Origin: Eledone cirrhosa
Taxonomy: Eukaryota
Reading direction: 5' to 3'
Assembly: GCA_964016885.1 (NCBI GenBank)
Contig: OZ024740.1
Span: forward strand, 301,134,001 to 301,198,000
Length of the DNA stretch: 64,000 nucleotides
Shown here: piece by piece, positions 14,043-28,027 of the stretch
How positions within the stretch are numbered: position 1 is the first letter of the stretch
Layout: each line of letters opens with the position of its first letter
The notes under the pieces: model-generated
Seen by the model: only the letters and a program-made list of their open reading frames with translations
Database searches by the model: none
Told to the model about the DNA's origin: nothing
Translations under genes and position numbers: made by a program

Positions 14043-17000
14043 TTGTACAGACAACACACACATACACGCACATATACACATACGTGCACATATATGAGCT
14101 CACCTACAGATACAGTCAGATTCACCCATATACATATATGTAGACGTACACATACACACACATACATACACATACATATATACACACACATACACATACG
14201 CATACACATACACACATATATACATATATACACATACACACACATAGATATATGCATACACATGTGTTCACACACACACACACACATACATATAAATATG
14301 CGTACACGCACGCACACTAAACGCCCGTATGTGTAAAAATACCTACCACAGACACACACACTATCGTTGGTTGGGAGTGGAGGTATGTGTTGTCCGTGTT
14401 GATGAAGTATGGAGTTGTGTTTTGTGGTGGTGGTGGTGGAGTTGTGAGGGACAAAAATATTTATACCGGATCGAAAACCGGTTAAAAGGTCACATAGGGA
14501 ACGCGGGGGAGAAGCGTTTATGGACGTACGGCGATGTGTGTTGTGGACATGGTGATGGTGGTGGTGCTGTGGTGATATGTTCGACAAGATGATTACATGA
14601 TCAGAGGTTATGGTGTGTTATAGGGTAAGCAGACGGGGGGTGGGGGATATATAATACAGTCGATCTGGGAGCGAGGGATGATATGTGTTGATGATGTTAA
14701 TGATAATGATTGTTGAAGTATTTGGATGTATCTAGCGGTGGCGGCGGTTGTGTGTGCGTGCGACAGTACAATTACAGGGTCGAATTTAGCGTGGGGTTGT
14801 AGGTTAGGTAGATAGAGGGAACATGGGGAGATGAGGTTGTAGGCGTGTATGGTAGGCATATGACGATGTGTGGTGTGGTGCTGGTGTGATATGATCGACA
14901 TTGTATTTAGAAGGTCCCTTGTCATTGTAGATTGCAAGGTAGAACGTATCATAGGATACCGATCTAATACGATGTTGCAACGATGAGGTGTGTATGTTGA
15001 TGTGAATTTTGGTGGTGGTGATGGTGATGCGTGCGGCATGATATACAAATGCGGGCTTAGAAATGGTTACATGGAGTACAATACAATAAGTTCATTGAGG
15101 TGGGCGATGTTGAGACGGGGTATAGGTGGTTATTAATATGGTGTGTCGTGGTTAGTGTGATTTTTGGTGTGGGTTATGTATGCGGCATGATATACAAAAT
15201 ACGGGCTTACATATGGTTAAATTCAATGCAATGAAATAAGATAAAGTGAAGTTAGATTAGAATTAAAGTTCGTTGAGATGGACGATGGTGATACGGGGCA
15301 GCTGTGGTTATTATTATGGTGGGTCATGGTTAGTGCGTGGTCCTCCCGCGAAAGTTTGTGCAGAAAAGGTGTGCATCCTAGTGTGTCTGCAATCGACAAT
15401 TATGTCCGACCTATAGTTTATGGCGGAATTAAGTTTAATTATTTCCGCCACCTCAGCTACGCATAATCTGCAGTAGTTTCTGTTACTGGGGATGTATCCC
15501 ACGCGTCTTTTTACTGACCACGAAATCCGGGGTTCAATATTCCTGTCCTTGAGGTCCCAGATCATATCGGCCAGTTTTGTGTGGGGTCGTTTTGATCTAT
15601 GTTTGAAGGAGCTTCTGTGATTATACCAGCGCTCCTTAAACGTAGTGGATGTCGCACCTATATAAGAGTACTCCTTATTGCCGGCCGTGACATCGCACCG
15701 GTAAACAATATTCTTAACGGGGCACTCCCCGTTTAGTGGGCATTCGTCTCGATTGTTGCAGTTGCATTTGGGTGTAACCGGTGAGGTGCAACGGTGGCGG
15801 TTGGTGTCGTGCGGTGTTGGTGTGGTGTGTGTGTTGTTGTGTTGTGTTGTGTGTGTGGTTTCGTTCTGGGTTGTGGTGGTGGTTTGTTGAGGGGAAACCA
15901 TGTGTTTTTGTATTTTTGCCCTATTATTGTGTGCTATCGTGTGGCCTTGGTTTGGTGCTGTGGAGAAAGAGAATTTTACGGTGTGTTTATTGAAGAGGTT
16001 GTGGTATGTGTGTGTGTGTGGAAAAGATTGTTTGAGAGCCCTGAAAAAGGTTCCCGGTATGTTAATGGCGACGTGTATAGAATAGGGGGGGGGGGTTATA
16101 CCACGTGACAGGTCTACTTCGATTTATGCGTTGTTTAGTGAGTTTTTGTGTGTTTTGGTCAGGCGTATGTTTCAAATAGGTTCCAGGTAATCTATTGGCG
16201 TTATGTCCCTTGTCTCTATTGGTACGCAAACGTGTGCGATAGTCGGAGTTGTTATTGGGGCTGGAGAGTATGACTCTATCTCCTAGACAGTTACGTGTGG
16301 TGCTGTCTGCGTTATTGTGTGCTGTCTAAGGTTATTGTGTGTCCTATGTGTGGAGGTTTCTTCTAAGTTCGTTTCTAAGGGTCCTGCTATGTTTTGCTGT
16401 GTTACGGGTCTATTTGAGTCGATGTAAGAAATCTTCTCAGTATAACCAGCGTTTATAAGTGCGGAGTCATAGTATTCCGCGTGCTGCTTGAAGATGTTTT
16501 CGTTAGCCGACAGTGTGGACACTCTGTTGGAGACGCTTTTAACTATAGAGTTAATTATGCTGTTAGGGTGGTTGAAGTGTCTATCGATGTATTTAGGATT
16601 TTCATTAGGTTTGTGGTATGGACGGTAGAGGTCTGAGTCTAATTCTAGGGTGACGTCTAAGAAGTTAACTGTCCTATTGTTAGGTTCAATTTCTACTGTT
16701 AAACCTTGGGTCTTAAATATGTACCTAACTCGTTTGTGTATTCTATTCAGTTGGCTGTTATTGTGTCCACGGGCCATTAGTAGGGCATCATCCCGGTATA
16801 AGCCACCGCCCAAGGAGGGGATCTCGTCCGTTAATATGTTTAGGAGGTATATGCCTACTACATCTGTAACCAATCATCAACACATATCATCCCTCGCTCC
16901 CAGATCGACTGTGTTATATATCCCCCACCCCCGTCTGCTTACCCTATAACACACCGTAACCTCTGATCATGTAATCATCTTGTCGAACATATCACCCCAG

Positions 17001-17506
17001 CACCACCACCATCACCATGTCCACAACACACGTCGCCGTACGTCCATAAACGCTTCTTGCCCGCGTTCCCTATGTCACCTTTTAACCGGTATTCGATCCG
17101 GTATATATATTTTTGTCCCTCACAACTCCACCACCACCACCACAAAACACAACTCCATACTTCATCAACACGGACAACACATACCTCCACTCCCAACCAA
17201 CGATAGTGTGTGTGTCTGTGTGTGGGTATTTTTACACATACGGGCGTTTAGTGTGCGTGCGTGTACGCATATTTATATGTATGTGTGTGTGTGTGTGTGT
17301 ATGCATATATCTATGTGTGTGTTGTGTATATATGTATATATGTGTGTATGTGTATGCGTATGTGTATGTGTGTGTATATATGTATATGTATGTATGTGTG
17401 TGTATGTGTACGTCTACATATAGACGTGAATCTGACTGTATGTGTAGGTGAGCTCATATATGTGCATGTATGTGTATTTGTGCGTGTATGTGTGTGTTGT
17501 CTGTAG

Positions 17507-17567
<61 letters not shown>

Positions 17568-18582
17568 AGTATACGTATGTGTGAGTGTCTATGTGTATAT
17601 TTTGCATACATGAGTGTGAGTACATGTGCCCATACCCATGTGTATGTATGTGTATGTATATATGTAAAACACCTTCTACATTGCCTCTCACCTTCCCCCC
17701 ATCTCTGTCGTTCGCCACCCCCACCGATACTCCCCCACTCCTCATATCCGTACCCGCATGCGGCACGCACATACATGTGTGTACATATACAAATGGCTGT
17801 GTATGAGCGTGTGTCGATATGTGTGGGCAAGGATGTGCGTGTGTGTTTTGTGTTGTGTGTATTTATACAACAATATATGTGTACGTATATACATATATGT
17901 GTGTGCGTATACGTATATACATAGTATCTGTCAGACGAAGAGCGTCTAGCTATGTATCTATGTAAGGACCTTGACGCCACCAATACATCCACCACACCAC
18001 CACAAACGCCGCTACCATAGACACGGCACCACTACCACACCCCCACCCACACGCCTACCCGTCTACTGACAATCCACTAACCTCATACCACAGCCCATTC
18101 CACTAAATAACCATAACCACCACCATATCATCACATCCACCCCCACAAGGCCAACCCGCCACCACAACCCACCTCATCCACCGACCGTCACCAACATCTC
18201 ACCATCACACCCACCCCCATATACACTACAGGCCAGTACATCGCCTTGATCCTACCACCAATCAAAACAACTCATTTTGTCATACTCTTGAAACTCTGAC
18301 TTTACTACATAGTATGTATTTTATTTATCTAATAGCATTTTAAGAGGGTCCATCGAGCTGCCGATTATTGAGTCGGGTAGGATCGATATAGATCGAACCT
18401 TGAGCTGATCACTGGCGAAACGCGCGTCACCTATCAATAAATGCAATGAAGGAATAATCAATCGTCCTTTTTATCCTTTCTATATTTTGCACTCTGTATA
18501 GCTCTACACACCATCACAAAAGTGAACCTATACATCGAGTGCTGACCCGGGTGAACCTGAGTAACTCCTAGTTACACCCACA
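13063..18582. mobile_element. Hydra-like PLE as an inverted dimer: minus arm 13063-16872 (RT C-terminus + EN + ~2.2-kb 3' region), plus arm 16873-18582
   Basis: ORF 16873-16283 (GGGLYRDDALL, NFLDVTL, YHKPN) and 15901-15314 (CNC..CP..C, VYRC..YIG, CRLC, CRH). 16873-18485 mirrors ~14697-13063. Confidence 0.9.
18375..18436 (+). ncRNA. Hammerhead-like variant in PLE pLTR (inverted copy ~13109-13170)
   Basis: Hallmark GAAAC-GCGC-GTC^ palindromic stem III; upstream core reads CTGATCA rather than CTGANGA. Confidence 0.55.
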
Positions 18583-18662
<80 letters not shown>

Positions 18663-18708
18663 TATATATATATATGTAATAAAAATATTAATAATAATAA
18701 TAATAATA

Positions 18709-18896
18709 ATTGTTTCTACGTTAGGCACAAGGCCAGCAATTACCCAGTGCATTACTGGTACTTTATTTTATCGACCCCGTAAGGATGAAAAGCAAAGTTA
18801 ACCTTGGCGGGATTTGAACTCAGAAAGGCAAGGGCCGTTACTCTATACGTCAAAGCATGGCGTCCAACCGTCTACCAATACAGCCAATCCACCGCC

Positions 18897-18897
<1 letters not shown>
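18709..18897 (-). mobile_element. tRNA-derived SINE flanked by (TAA)n
   Basis: Reverse-complement homologue of 8200-8383 (CTGAGTTCAAATCCCGCC, GTCGATAAAATAAAGTACCAGT). Confidence 0.88.
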
Positions 18898-18933
<36 letters not shown>

Positions 18934-19176
18934 TTTTCTTTATTAACCACAAGGGTTTACATAAAGTAGACATTAAGGACAGTACAGGACAATACAGGAC
19001 GGTACAAATGGGCATTTCTGCGTGTAAAAAAAACAGAGGTTGAAATAAAATAACAAAGAAAAATTCCCCAATAGGGGGGAGACTTCCGAGAGATATTTGT
19101 GGAGAAAGCCCATTAAAAGACTACAGTGACCCTGACCACCAGGGCAAGTGCCCTCTCCCAGTTTTCCACCTTTAAT

Positions 19177-22100
19177 TTACAGACACATACTCAGAGTAGG
19201 CCCATTCACTCGGGTAATTCTTGCCTCTCTCACCCATCTTTCAACAAAATGCTGGAAAGAGAGCATTTCCCTTTCTACCCTGTTTTTCCTTTTCAAATGA
19301 AATTTGAAAATGTTAATCAGGGCATCACCGAAGAGGTAAGTGCTCGTCTTCAGCCCTTTCAAACGTGTCCACCATACTATCTCTTTCGCCATGGCCACGA
19401 GACAGATAAAAACTCCCTGCTCTTCCTGGCTAAAGGAAGAGGGCGGGGCAATCCTCAGGATCGACTCAGCTGATAGCTGGATCCGTCCTACAGGCGACAG
19501 CAGGTGTTCGACATAAACCCACAAGTCAGCAATGCTCGGACACTGGACGAGTGCGTGCAGGACGGTTTCGTCGCCCTGCGCGCATCTCGGACATGCCCGG
19601 CTGACGGCACCTCCATTCCTGTAGAGTTTATCCCGAACTGGCAAAGCTCTTCTGTAGCACTGCCAGGCCAGGTATTTCTGGAAGTTGTCCATAGGCCCCT
19701 GCCCGAAAGTTCTTCCGAAGAGATTGGCTAGTTGATTTTCGTCGACGTCTAGAGTTTCCCTAAGTTCGTCGTCCCTTTTCGCCTCAACTAATCCTCTATA
19801 GAACGCCAAGGTGGAGTTTCCACCGATTACATTGCCCGATTGGTCGAGCACTGTGAGCGCCTGAAGACATTCCGTTCTCCAAGCGCTCCCTCTCGGTCTT
19901 CGCTTGACCCAGGACCTCAGCTCCGTCAAGGAGACGAGCTGGGGAAAGACGAGTCTAGCAAACGGCGACCACACCTGATCACCGTCGAGGAAGAGGTGGA
20001 GATGTCGTAGCCTGAGCGCGTGTCTGCGCATCATCAGCCACGGCATTCCCAGCCCTCCACGTAGCGGGTGTTGACAGCAGATGGACCGCCTGATAATCGG
20101 AGCGCGTCCCTTCCACAAAAAGCGAAAGAGCAAACACTCCAGCGCAGTCAGGCGGGGCTTAGGACAAAGTACGACGGTCAGGCGGTAGTAGATTTCTGAC
20201 GCGATATACGCGTTAGCCACCTCCTCTCGACCTTTCAGGTATAGCTACCTCTCGGCTCATTTCTGGGTGAGAGAAGTCACTCTGCTCGTCACCTCGCTCC
20301 AATTTTTGTCCGTCTGGAGCTCCGGCCCGTACCAGACCTCGAGCAATTTAACTGGTCCAGCCTTCCAGCGCCCGACGACGCTGTTGGATGGCATGGACCT
20401 GCCTCTCCAGGTGACGAGCTGCAGGCCGACTGACTTTTCCTGGTTGATCATTGCTCCTGTTACGGCTTCGTATTCTCTTAGTGTAGTGCAGTGCCGATCG
20501 CCTCGATGCGTTTGGCGTTCGACACCACTACGGTGAAATCGTCCGCATATGCTGACACGGATCTTCCGCATCCTTGTTCGCCCCCCCCCCCCCCATCAAC
20601 GTCTCCAGTTTGTGCAGTAATGGCTCGAGAGTCAATACCTACAAGAGGGACGAGATGGGACATCCTTGGCGGACCGAGCGCATGATGTTGATGTTCCGAA
20701 AGGTGACCGTTCACGCTCACCACAGAGCAGATTTCGCTGTGCATGACAGCGATCCAGCCTCTGAAGACCGGCCCAAAGCCAGCCGCCCTCAGGACTGCCG
20801 CTAGGTAACGATGGTCGACCCTATCGAAAGCTTTCGACTGATCTAAATTCATCAAGGACCCACCCATGCCAGATTCTCTAGCTACCCTCTCTACGATGTA
20901 TCGCATGAGGTGGAGGTTGTCGTGGATGGATCTGTCGGGAAGGCGCATGTCTGCGCCTCTCCCACCAGACCACCAACGACAAGCGCCAACCTCTTTGCTA
21001 GCACCTTGGCCAAAATCTTGAACTCTGTGTTTAGCAGAGTTATCTATGTTATCCCCCTTGTTCGGATCCTTTATCAGCAGCGTCACAGCTTCTCGGCTCA
21101 CAGAGCTGGGAATTCTCCCGTTCTGTTGCCAGTTGCAGTAGACGTGTTCCAAGAGAACTCCGAAAAAGTCTGGCATCTGTACGTAAAGTTCATAGCGCAG
21201 ACCATCCAAACCAGGTGATTTAACCCTTGTGCAGCCAGTCATTGCCTCACGTACTTCAGCGGCTGTTATCGGCTGTTTGCAACACTCCACCTCAGTGGCC
21301 GAGAGCCGCAGCAGTCCGTCGAAGTAGACACTAATGTCCATCCATCGATCCGGCCGCCGCTGCACCCGAACAACTGAGCGAAGTGTCGCTGAAAAGCTTC
21401 ACACATTTCCCCGGGATCGAGTAACATGCGCCCGTCGAGTAACATGCGCGGATCGTGTCTTTGTTGCCACAACGCGCCTCCGCCACTCGGGTCCATTGAA
21501 TGGCTTTCTTCCCCTCGTGTCTGCGAGCACGCATCCTAGCTCTGACAACGCAGCCTACGTGCTTTGCATTGAAGAAGTGTTCAAGGGTCAATTTCGCCGC
21601 TACGTCGGTCGCGATGCCTTTGCTAAGCGCCTCGTCTAATTTTCTAACTAATTCTCCCTCTGCTCTATTTTTCTCTATAGTTAAAGCCTTACTAAATCTA
21701 ATGGACTCTATTCTAATTGCTCTTTTCAGGGCAAACCACCACTTGTTTTTGACGATGGCCCCCGTCAACGCCCGCTAACTAGTTCGCTAATCCGGTCTCT
21801 GTAGGCCTTGCGCGCTTGTAAGGACGCGTTTAGCTTCCAGTAGCCGGGTCCTCGTCTATGAAGCCTATCTAAGTCAAGCACACAGATCACGAATTTGTGG
21901 TCCGTGTAGCTGACTATCTTGAATTGTGGACAGCCTATTCTAGACCTATCTATTTCTCTACAAACTACTCTATCTAGATATGATCTGGATGACCCTATGC
22001 GATTTATCCAAGTCCACATTGGCACATTCGGGAAATCCAATCGGTACCTGTCAGACAGTTCAAAACGCCTGAGGAGGTTGGCGAGGCTCTTGCACCCTCC

Positions 22101-22575
22101 TCACCTATCTGCTAATCCCACACAGTCCCAGCGTGCATCTAAGATCCCGTTCCAGTCGCCCACTAACACTAAAGAGCGGGATGTTCTAAGAAAGGTGTCC
22201 AGACGCCGGAAGAAATCAGGCCGCCGTGCTCCTGTCGGGGCATAGACGGCCACCAGCCTGAAAGCTTGCCCGTCTCCGCTGTTCACGTCCAGCCCCACCA
22301 ACTTACCTTCTGGGTCCAGGAAGATGGGCCGTATGGCGAATCCAAACCTCTCCGAAAAACACAGCAACTCCTCCCCCCGATCCCGGACGGCTGGGATATG
22401 CGTACACATCGTAGCCGCCGAAGATCGGTGCGAAGGTCTGTGCTTCGGAGATTCTGGTCTCGCTGATGGCCACTACATCTATGTTTAGTGACCTGAGGTC
22501 GTTGAGCAGGTGGCCCTGCTTCCATTACGACCCCAAGCTACGCGCATTTATGCTGCATATTCTAAGAGAAGTCAT
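19177..22575 (-). pseudogene. LINE ORF2 (APE endonuclease + RT + C-terminal zinc finger), multiple frameshifts
   Basis: ATG at 22575 (MTSLRICSINARS); motifs as listed for the element. Confidence 0.88.
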
Positions 22576-22609
22576 GTTGAAATGGAGTGGAAAAGATGGG
22601 AAAGACCAC

Positions 22610-24621
22610 TTAACTTACTTCTCGTAGAGGAAGGATGGTTTGTTCATCCTTTTCACTGCTTGTGGCCTCCCCCGGAAGGATGTCTTTATAAATCCTCCTA
22701 GAGAGTGTTTGTCGGAAGTATCCGATGTCTTTGGGGAATTTTTGTTTTAGAGTCGTGTACGTCTTCTGTGTGATGCGAGTGATTTGTATGTGTCGAGGAG
22801 GTGTGAAATTTTGGGTTGTTGTGTAGTCTTTTTCTGTGATGCTGCTGTTGTGTTGCATGTAGTGTAATAATTGGTTGTTGTTCAAATGTAATGCAGTGTA
22901 GTGTGTATCGTTTTGGTTATTTTCTTTTGTTTGCTTTGTTGTGGGTTTGTTTCTGTTACGCTTTTTGGTGACTTTTGTGGTATTGGTGATAGGGGTGTGG
23001 GGTTAATGATGGTGATGGTGTTGGTGTTTGTGGTGATGGGGTTGGTGATTCTAGTGTGGATGGTGGGATATCTGTCCTAACTTTTTTGTTTGTTAATTTA
23101 TTTGTTTCCTTCTGTATTTTGTTTTTGGAGGGGGAAGGAAATAATGTTTTTCTTTTTTGGTTTCTCTTTTTTTTTTCCTGATACCGTTTTCCCACTCCTC
23201 ATCGTCACAATCTGTCTCCGGTTGCGATAAGCCGGGGAGTGGAAAATCCTCCACAGGCGTTGATTTTGGTTGTGGCGTGGTAGATGGTGTAGGCGCTGTG
23301 CTAGTTCTGGCGCGTTGGGTGGTGGTGGTGTTGGTTTCGCTACTGTCGCTGGGGTTGTTGCTGTTACAGTTGCTTCTGTTGTTGCTGCTACAGTTGTTGC
23401 AGCCATTTCTGCTGCTGGTGTTGTTGATGGTTGAGTTACTGGGTTGGGTAAGAGAAGTGGCCTCAACCTTTTAGCCTGATGGCAGAAATCCCTTAGGTGG
23501 GTTCCTTCACCACATACGACAAACCTAGGCCTCCTGCCCTCGACAATTACGGTGAGGTGGCTGCCGTCAGTGAGGTTTAATACCTTTGGGATGTCCTCAA
23601 TTTTTTTTGGTCCGCTTGGATCAGGAGCTCCATCCCAGATCTGGACCAGTTCTCCTGCCTTTCTTTTGCTATTTCTATTATTTTGGTGTTGGCCTCGATG
23701 CCGGCGAGGACGGCAGCCATTAGCCAGGGAATTTCGATGGCCGGTGGAACGTGGGCCACCCTGATCTTCACAAGTCTCTGGCCACAATAGCTTGGGACGA
23801 GTGTGAAGTCGTCACTTCTTAATGGGGCCATGGAGTGTTCTCTGGCCTCCTGTGGTGTATCAAAGAACACGTCCACGGTTTCATACTTCTGCCCACGTCT
23901 GATGTGGGGTTGTTTTGCCCACACATGTCCCAAAGCTTTTTGGATTTGGGACTCGGATGCCCGTTCCACTGGGCGCGATTTTATGTTAATTGTCCGAGAA
24001 GACACGGTGCATATGCGACGTTGCTCCATTTTATTAGGTGGGGGTGGGGGCGAGGCTGACCCTGTACCCATCTTTCTTTACCATTCCTTTGGCATCTTCT
24101 AGTTCCTCCTGAGTTACCTGGATTGCTTCGCACGTTTTTGTTGCTCTGGCAAAACTCAGGGTAGTTTTCTTAATTTCATTGTTGCTGTTGTTGTTATCGT
24201 TATTTTTGCTATTGTTAATTTTAATTTCAGTTGTGGTGGTGGTGGCGTCAGTGGTGTTCGGTGTGGAAGAGTTCATTTTGGTTGAATTCATTTCGATATC
24301 ACGAGTTAATTTATTTATTTTTTGTGTGTCTGTTGTCGCTGTGGTGGTGGTGGGAGTGGAGGTGGGAGTGGTGGCTGTCGTGGTGGTGGTGGTGGGAGTG
24401 GAGGTGGGAGTGGTGGCTGTCGTGGTGGTGGTGGTGGTTGTGGTGGCGGCTTTAACACCTGCAGTCATTGGTAATGGCGGGAAATGAACGTCTGCATGAG
24501 ACAAATTTAAAATATTGGTACTGCTTACATTTCCAGTGTTGGCAAACGTAGTAATATTTACAATGGTGGTGTCGCTGTGAGGTGTTAGAGTGTGAGGAAG
24601 GAGTGACTCTGAGACATCCAT
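22610..24621 (-). pseudogene. LINE ORF1 (Thr-rich N-terminus, RRM-like core, degenerate CCHC knuckle)
   Basis: ORFs 24621-24034, 24071-23577 and 23787-23098; VEGRRPRFVVCGEGTHLRDFC knuckle remnant; paralogous to 61030-61731. Confidence 0.75.
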
Positions 24622-24857
24622 GATTTTTCAAAGAAAAATGTTTGTTTGATAATTATAAAAAGTTTTAATTTTGGGCTCAAGGCCCCAATATTTTTGAGTG
24701 CCCTTTTCAGAAATCAATGTATGTGCACTTATATAAAGTTAATAATAAACATTTTCCATAAATGGCAATTTTAAACAACTGAAAATAACAAATCTTTGCG
24801 GTGCTCACGTTGATACGATTTACTACGTAGGTCGCCAATAATAATAATAATAATAAT

Positions 24858-27800
24858 GAGAAGGTAAATGATAAAGAAATTAATGAGAATGAACTTGCCA
24901 ACTTGAAGGATGAAATTATGATCGAATGGATGAAAATGAAAGAATCTGACATGGGGGAACGAGACACCGTCCCTAAGATCCAGAACTCCAAACAGAACCA
25001 AAAGATAATACACAAGACTAACATAATTCTCAAAAACATTATCATCACAAACAAAATAAACATTACTGATTTAAATCATCTCTGTTATGCATCGGCTAAA
25101 GTCACCACTCACTTATGTGGAGTGAAAATGAAAAAACAAAGGAATTCCCACAAGAAATCTATTTGGCAAGAGAACATCAATCGCCAAATAAACCTTCTCC
25201 GATCTGACATAGAAATTTTAACAAACTATAAAGTAGGTGAACATGTTAAACAAACTAAACTTAGAAAATTGAAAATGAGATACAGTATAACATCAACAAG
25301 TGACATAGACATGCTGATAGATATAATAAAGCAAAACGTGTCGGCCAAAGCTGCTCGTATAAGGCGCCTTGAAAAACGGTCTAGATTCTATAAGCACAAT
25401 AATATGTTCAAAAAAACCAAAGAAACTTCTACAGAAAAATTGGTAAGTCAACAATAACTGCTAAATCAATACAACCCAAGGAGGGAGTGCAAGAATTCTA
25501 GGAAAAGATCTGGGCCGAAGAAAAAGTTCATAATATACATGCCCCATGGATAGACAGACAAATGAAAGATACAGCTCACCTTGAGGAATAAATATGGGAA
25601 AATAAAACAGCTGAACAGTTGCGTTTGGCTCTTAGAAAAACCAGCAAATGGAAGTCCCCAGGAAAAGACAAAATACCAAATTTTTGGATAAATGCCTTCA
25701 CAGAGTTTCATGAGCTGTTACCCCAACTTTACAATGAAATAGTTAAGGAGCCAGAAAATATACCATCATGGCTAGTTAACGGCATTAGATTCCTGCTTCC
25801 GAAGAATGATGAGACAAACAATCCCCAAAAATACAGACCGATAACTTGCTTGACCACAATGTATAACATTTTAACATCAGTCCTAACTGAATATACATAT
25901 GACCACCTGATAACAAATGATCTATTTCCCATTGAGCAGAAAGGGTGTAAACGAGGCTCATATGGCTGTAAGGATCAGATTTTGGTTAACAAAATGATAC
26001 TGGAAGATTGTCATAATAGACACAAAAATCTATCAATTGCTTGGATAGATTATAAAAAAGCATTCGATAGTTTGCCACACAGTTGGATTGAAAAATGTTT
26101 AGAGATTTTCAAAATATCTCCCGTTGTCAGGAGGTTTTTGTCATTCAGGACGAAGACATTGAAAACGACACTCCTTTTGAATAGTGAAACAAAATCACTG
26201 GAAGCTGGAGAAGTTAATATTAATTGTGGAATTTTTCAGGGTGACTCTTTATCACCACTTTTATTCTGCATCGCACTTATACCATTAAGTAAAATGCTCA
26301 ATGAAACAAAACATGGATATAGAGTCTATGACAAAACCATTAATAACTTGTTCTACATGGATGACCTGAAACTATTTACAAAAACTGATGAACAATTGCA
26401 AGGGCTATTATCCACTGTGGAGCAGTTCAGTGATGACATTAAAATGGAGTTTGGACTAGATAAATGCGCCAAAGCAATGTTCACCAGAGGAAAGCTGCTG
26501 AAAAATTCAGACATTAATCTTGTTCGGGGGAATGGGATAAGAGAACTTGATCAAGAGGAAACATACAAATATCTAGGTGTTTGTGAAGGAGACGGATTCA
26601 AGCACTCGACAATAAGGGAAAGGATAAGGAAGGAATGTTACCGCAGAGTAAGAGCAACCATAAGAACGGAATTGAATGCAAGGAATAGGATCGATGCCAT
26701 AGACACGCTTGCCATACCAGTAGTAACCTACAGTTACAATGTCATCAACTGGTCATGCACAGAGATCCGTAGGCTCGATACAAAATTTCAAAAATTCTTA
26801 ATCATGCACAGAATGCATCACATTAAGGCAGATACAGATAGAATATATCTCCCTAGGAAAGAAGGAGGGCGTGGGTTAATCCAGTTAGATATTGCGTTGA
26901 AAACTGCAACAATTGGATTATCTACATATCTAAGGGAATCACATGATTGGATGATGAAACTCGTTTTGAAACACGAAAGCATCAAAAGATCATACTCCAT
27001 TACAAAAGATGCACAAAGATACAGTAATGGACTACAGATTTCAGAAGTCCCATTTACTGCTGAAATGGAAAGCACAGAAAAAGCAAAGCAGGTAAAAGTA
27101 ACTGCAAAGGAAGAACTGCTACAGAAACTGGCTACGAAATGGCAAGAAAAGCCTCTGTATGGAAAATACCCAGAACGAGCTAACAATCCTGATGTTGACA
27201 AAACTTTAATCCATCAGTGGTTGGCATCCTCTGGACTGAAATCTGAGACTGAAGGTCTGATTATATCAGCGCAAGATCAGTGTCTGCCAACAAAAAATTA
27301 CCAAGCCAACATAATAAAAAATGGATGCAGCCCATTATGCCGTGTATGTAAAAAACAACCAGACACCATTGACCATATAATTTCAATGTGACAGAGCTGC
27401 ACAATACATACATTGGATAAAGTGTAAGCATTTTTACCTGCCCCATCAAAAGAATTGGGAGGAGCATCAACCACCTCCCATACTTGACAAAGATCACATA
27501 TCAATCTTGTGGCACTTTAGCATCCAAACAGACCGAAAAATAGATGCAAATAGACCTGATATAATACTGAAAGACTTTAAAAAGAGGATATGCCTGCTAA
27601 TTGATATGTCCGTTCCAATAGACAAGAATGTATCTATAAAAACATTTGAAAAATTGAGCAAGTATAAGGACCTGGAGATAGAAATTGGAAAAATGTGGAA
27701 ATTGAGAACTAAAAGAATACCAGTGGTTGTAGGCGCTCTAGGAATGATACCTAAGGGGTCTAATGATTACTTATCTCAAATCCCAGGAAACCCGCGTATA

Positions 27801-28010
27801 GGAGAATACAAAAGATAGTACTAATGGGAACTGCCCATATACTAAGGAAGATTCTGTCAATATAAGTACATCACAAGTCAAAACACCTAAAGATGCATGT
27901 GTGAGTATATATGTTCTTTCTTGAACATGGCTGACCTTGTTGTCTCTTGAGGGCACTGGTTGTGACTTGGTGATAACTCCTATGAACATAAAGCAAGGTA
28001 AATGCAGCTG
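24858..28010 (+). mobile_element. R4/Dong-clade non-LTR retrotransposon (RT + CCHC + RLE), 5'-truncated, in (TAA)n
   Basis: 590-aa ORF 25619-27391 (WKSPGKD, YRPITCL, WIDYKKAFDS, GIFQGDSLSP, YMDDLK, YLPRKEGGRGL, CRVC); RLE 27507-27818 (NRPDI, IDMSVP, K.SKYKDL); TAA repeats on both sides, the known Dong target. Confidence 0.93.
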
Positions 28011-28027
28011 TAATAATAATAATAATA

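Larger units (their letters stand above)
18933..24836 (-). mobile_element. Apparently full-length but decayed Tx1/L1-type LINE (ORF1 + APE-RT ORF2) within a (TAA)n tract
   Basis: ORF2 pieces: SINARSL..VAISET, LVAVYAP, LVGDWN, SYLDRV, YTDHK, GYWKLN, KSPGLDG, DQSKAFDRVDH, AYADD, GGLGMP, CPRC..ETVLHALVQC. (TAA)n at both ends. Confidence 0.9.

Noticed and set aside
23157-24487. Hydrophobic plus-strand ORFs (V/L/W-rich) as membrane proteins
   Set aside because: They are antisense shadows of the Thr/Pro-rich, AC-skewed LINE ORF1; the same applies to 61573-62329.
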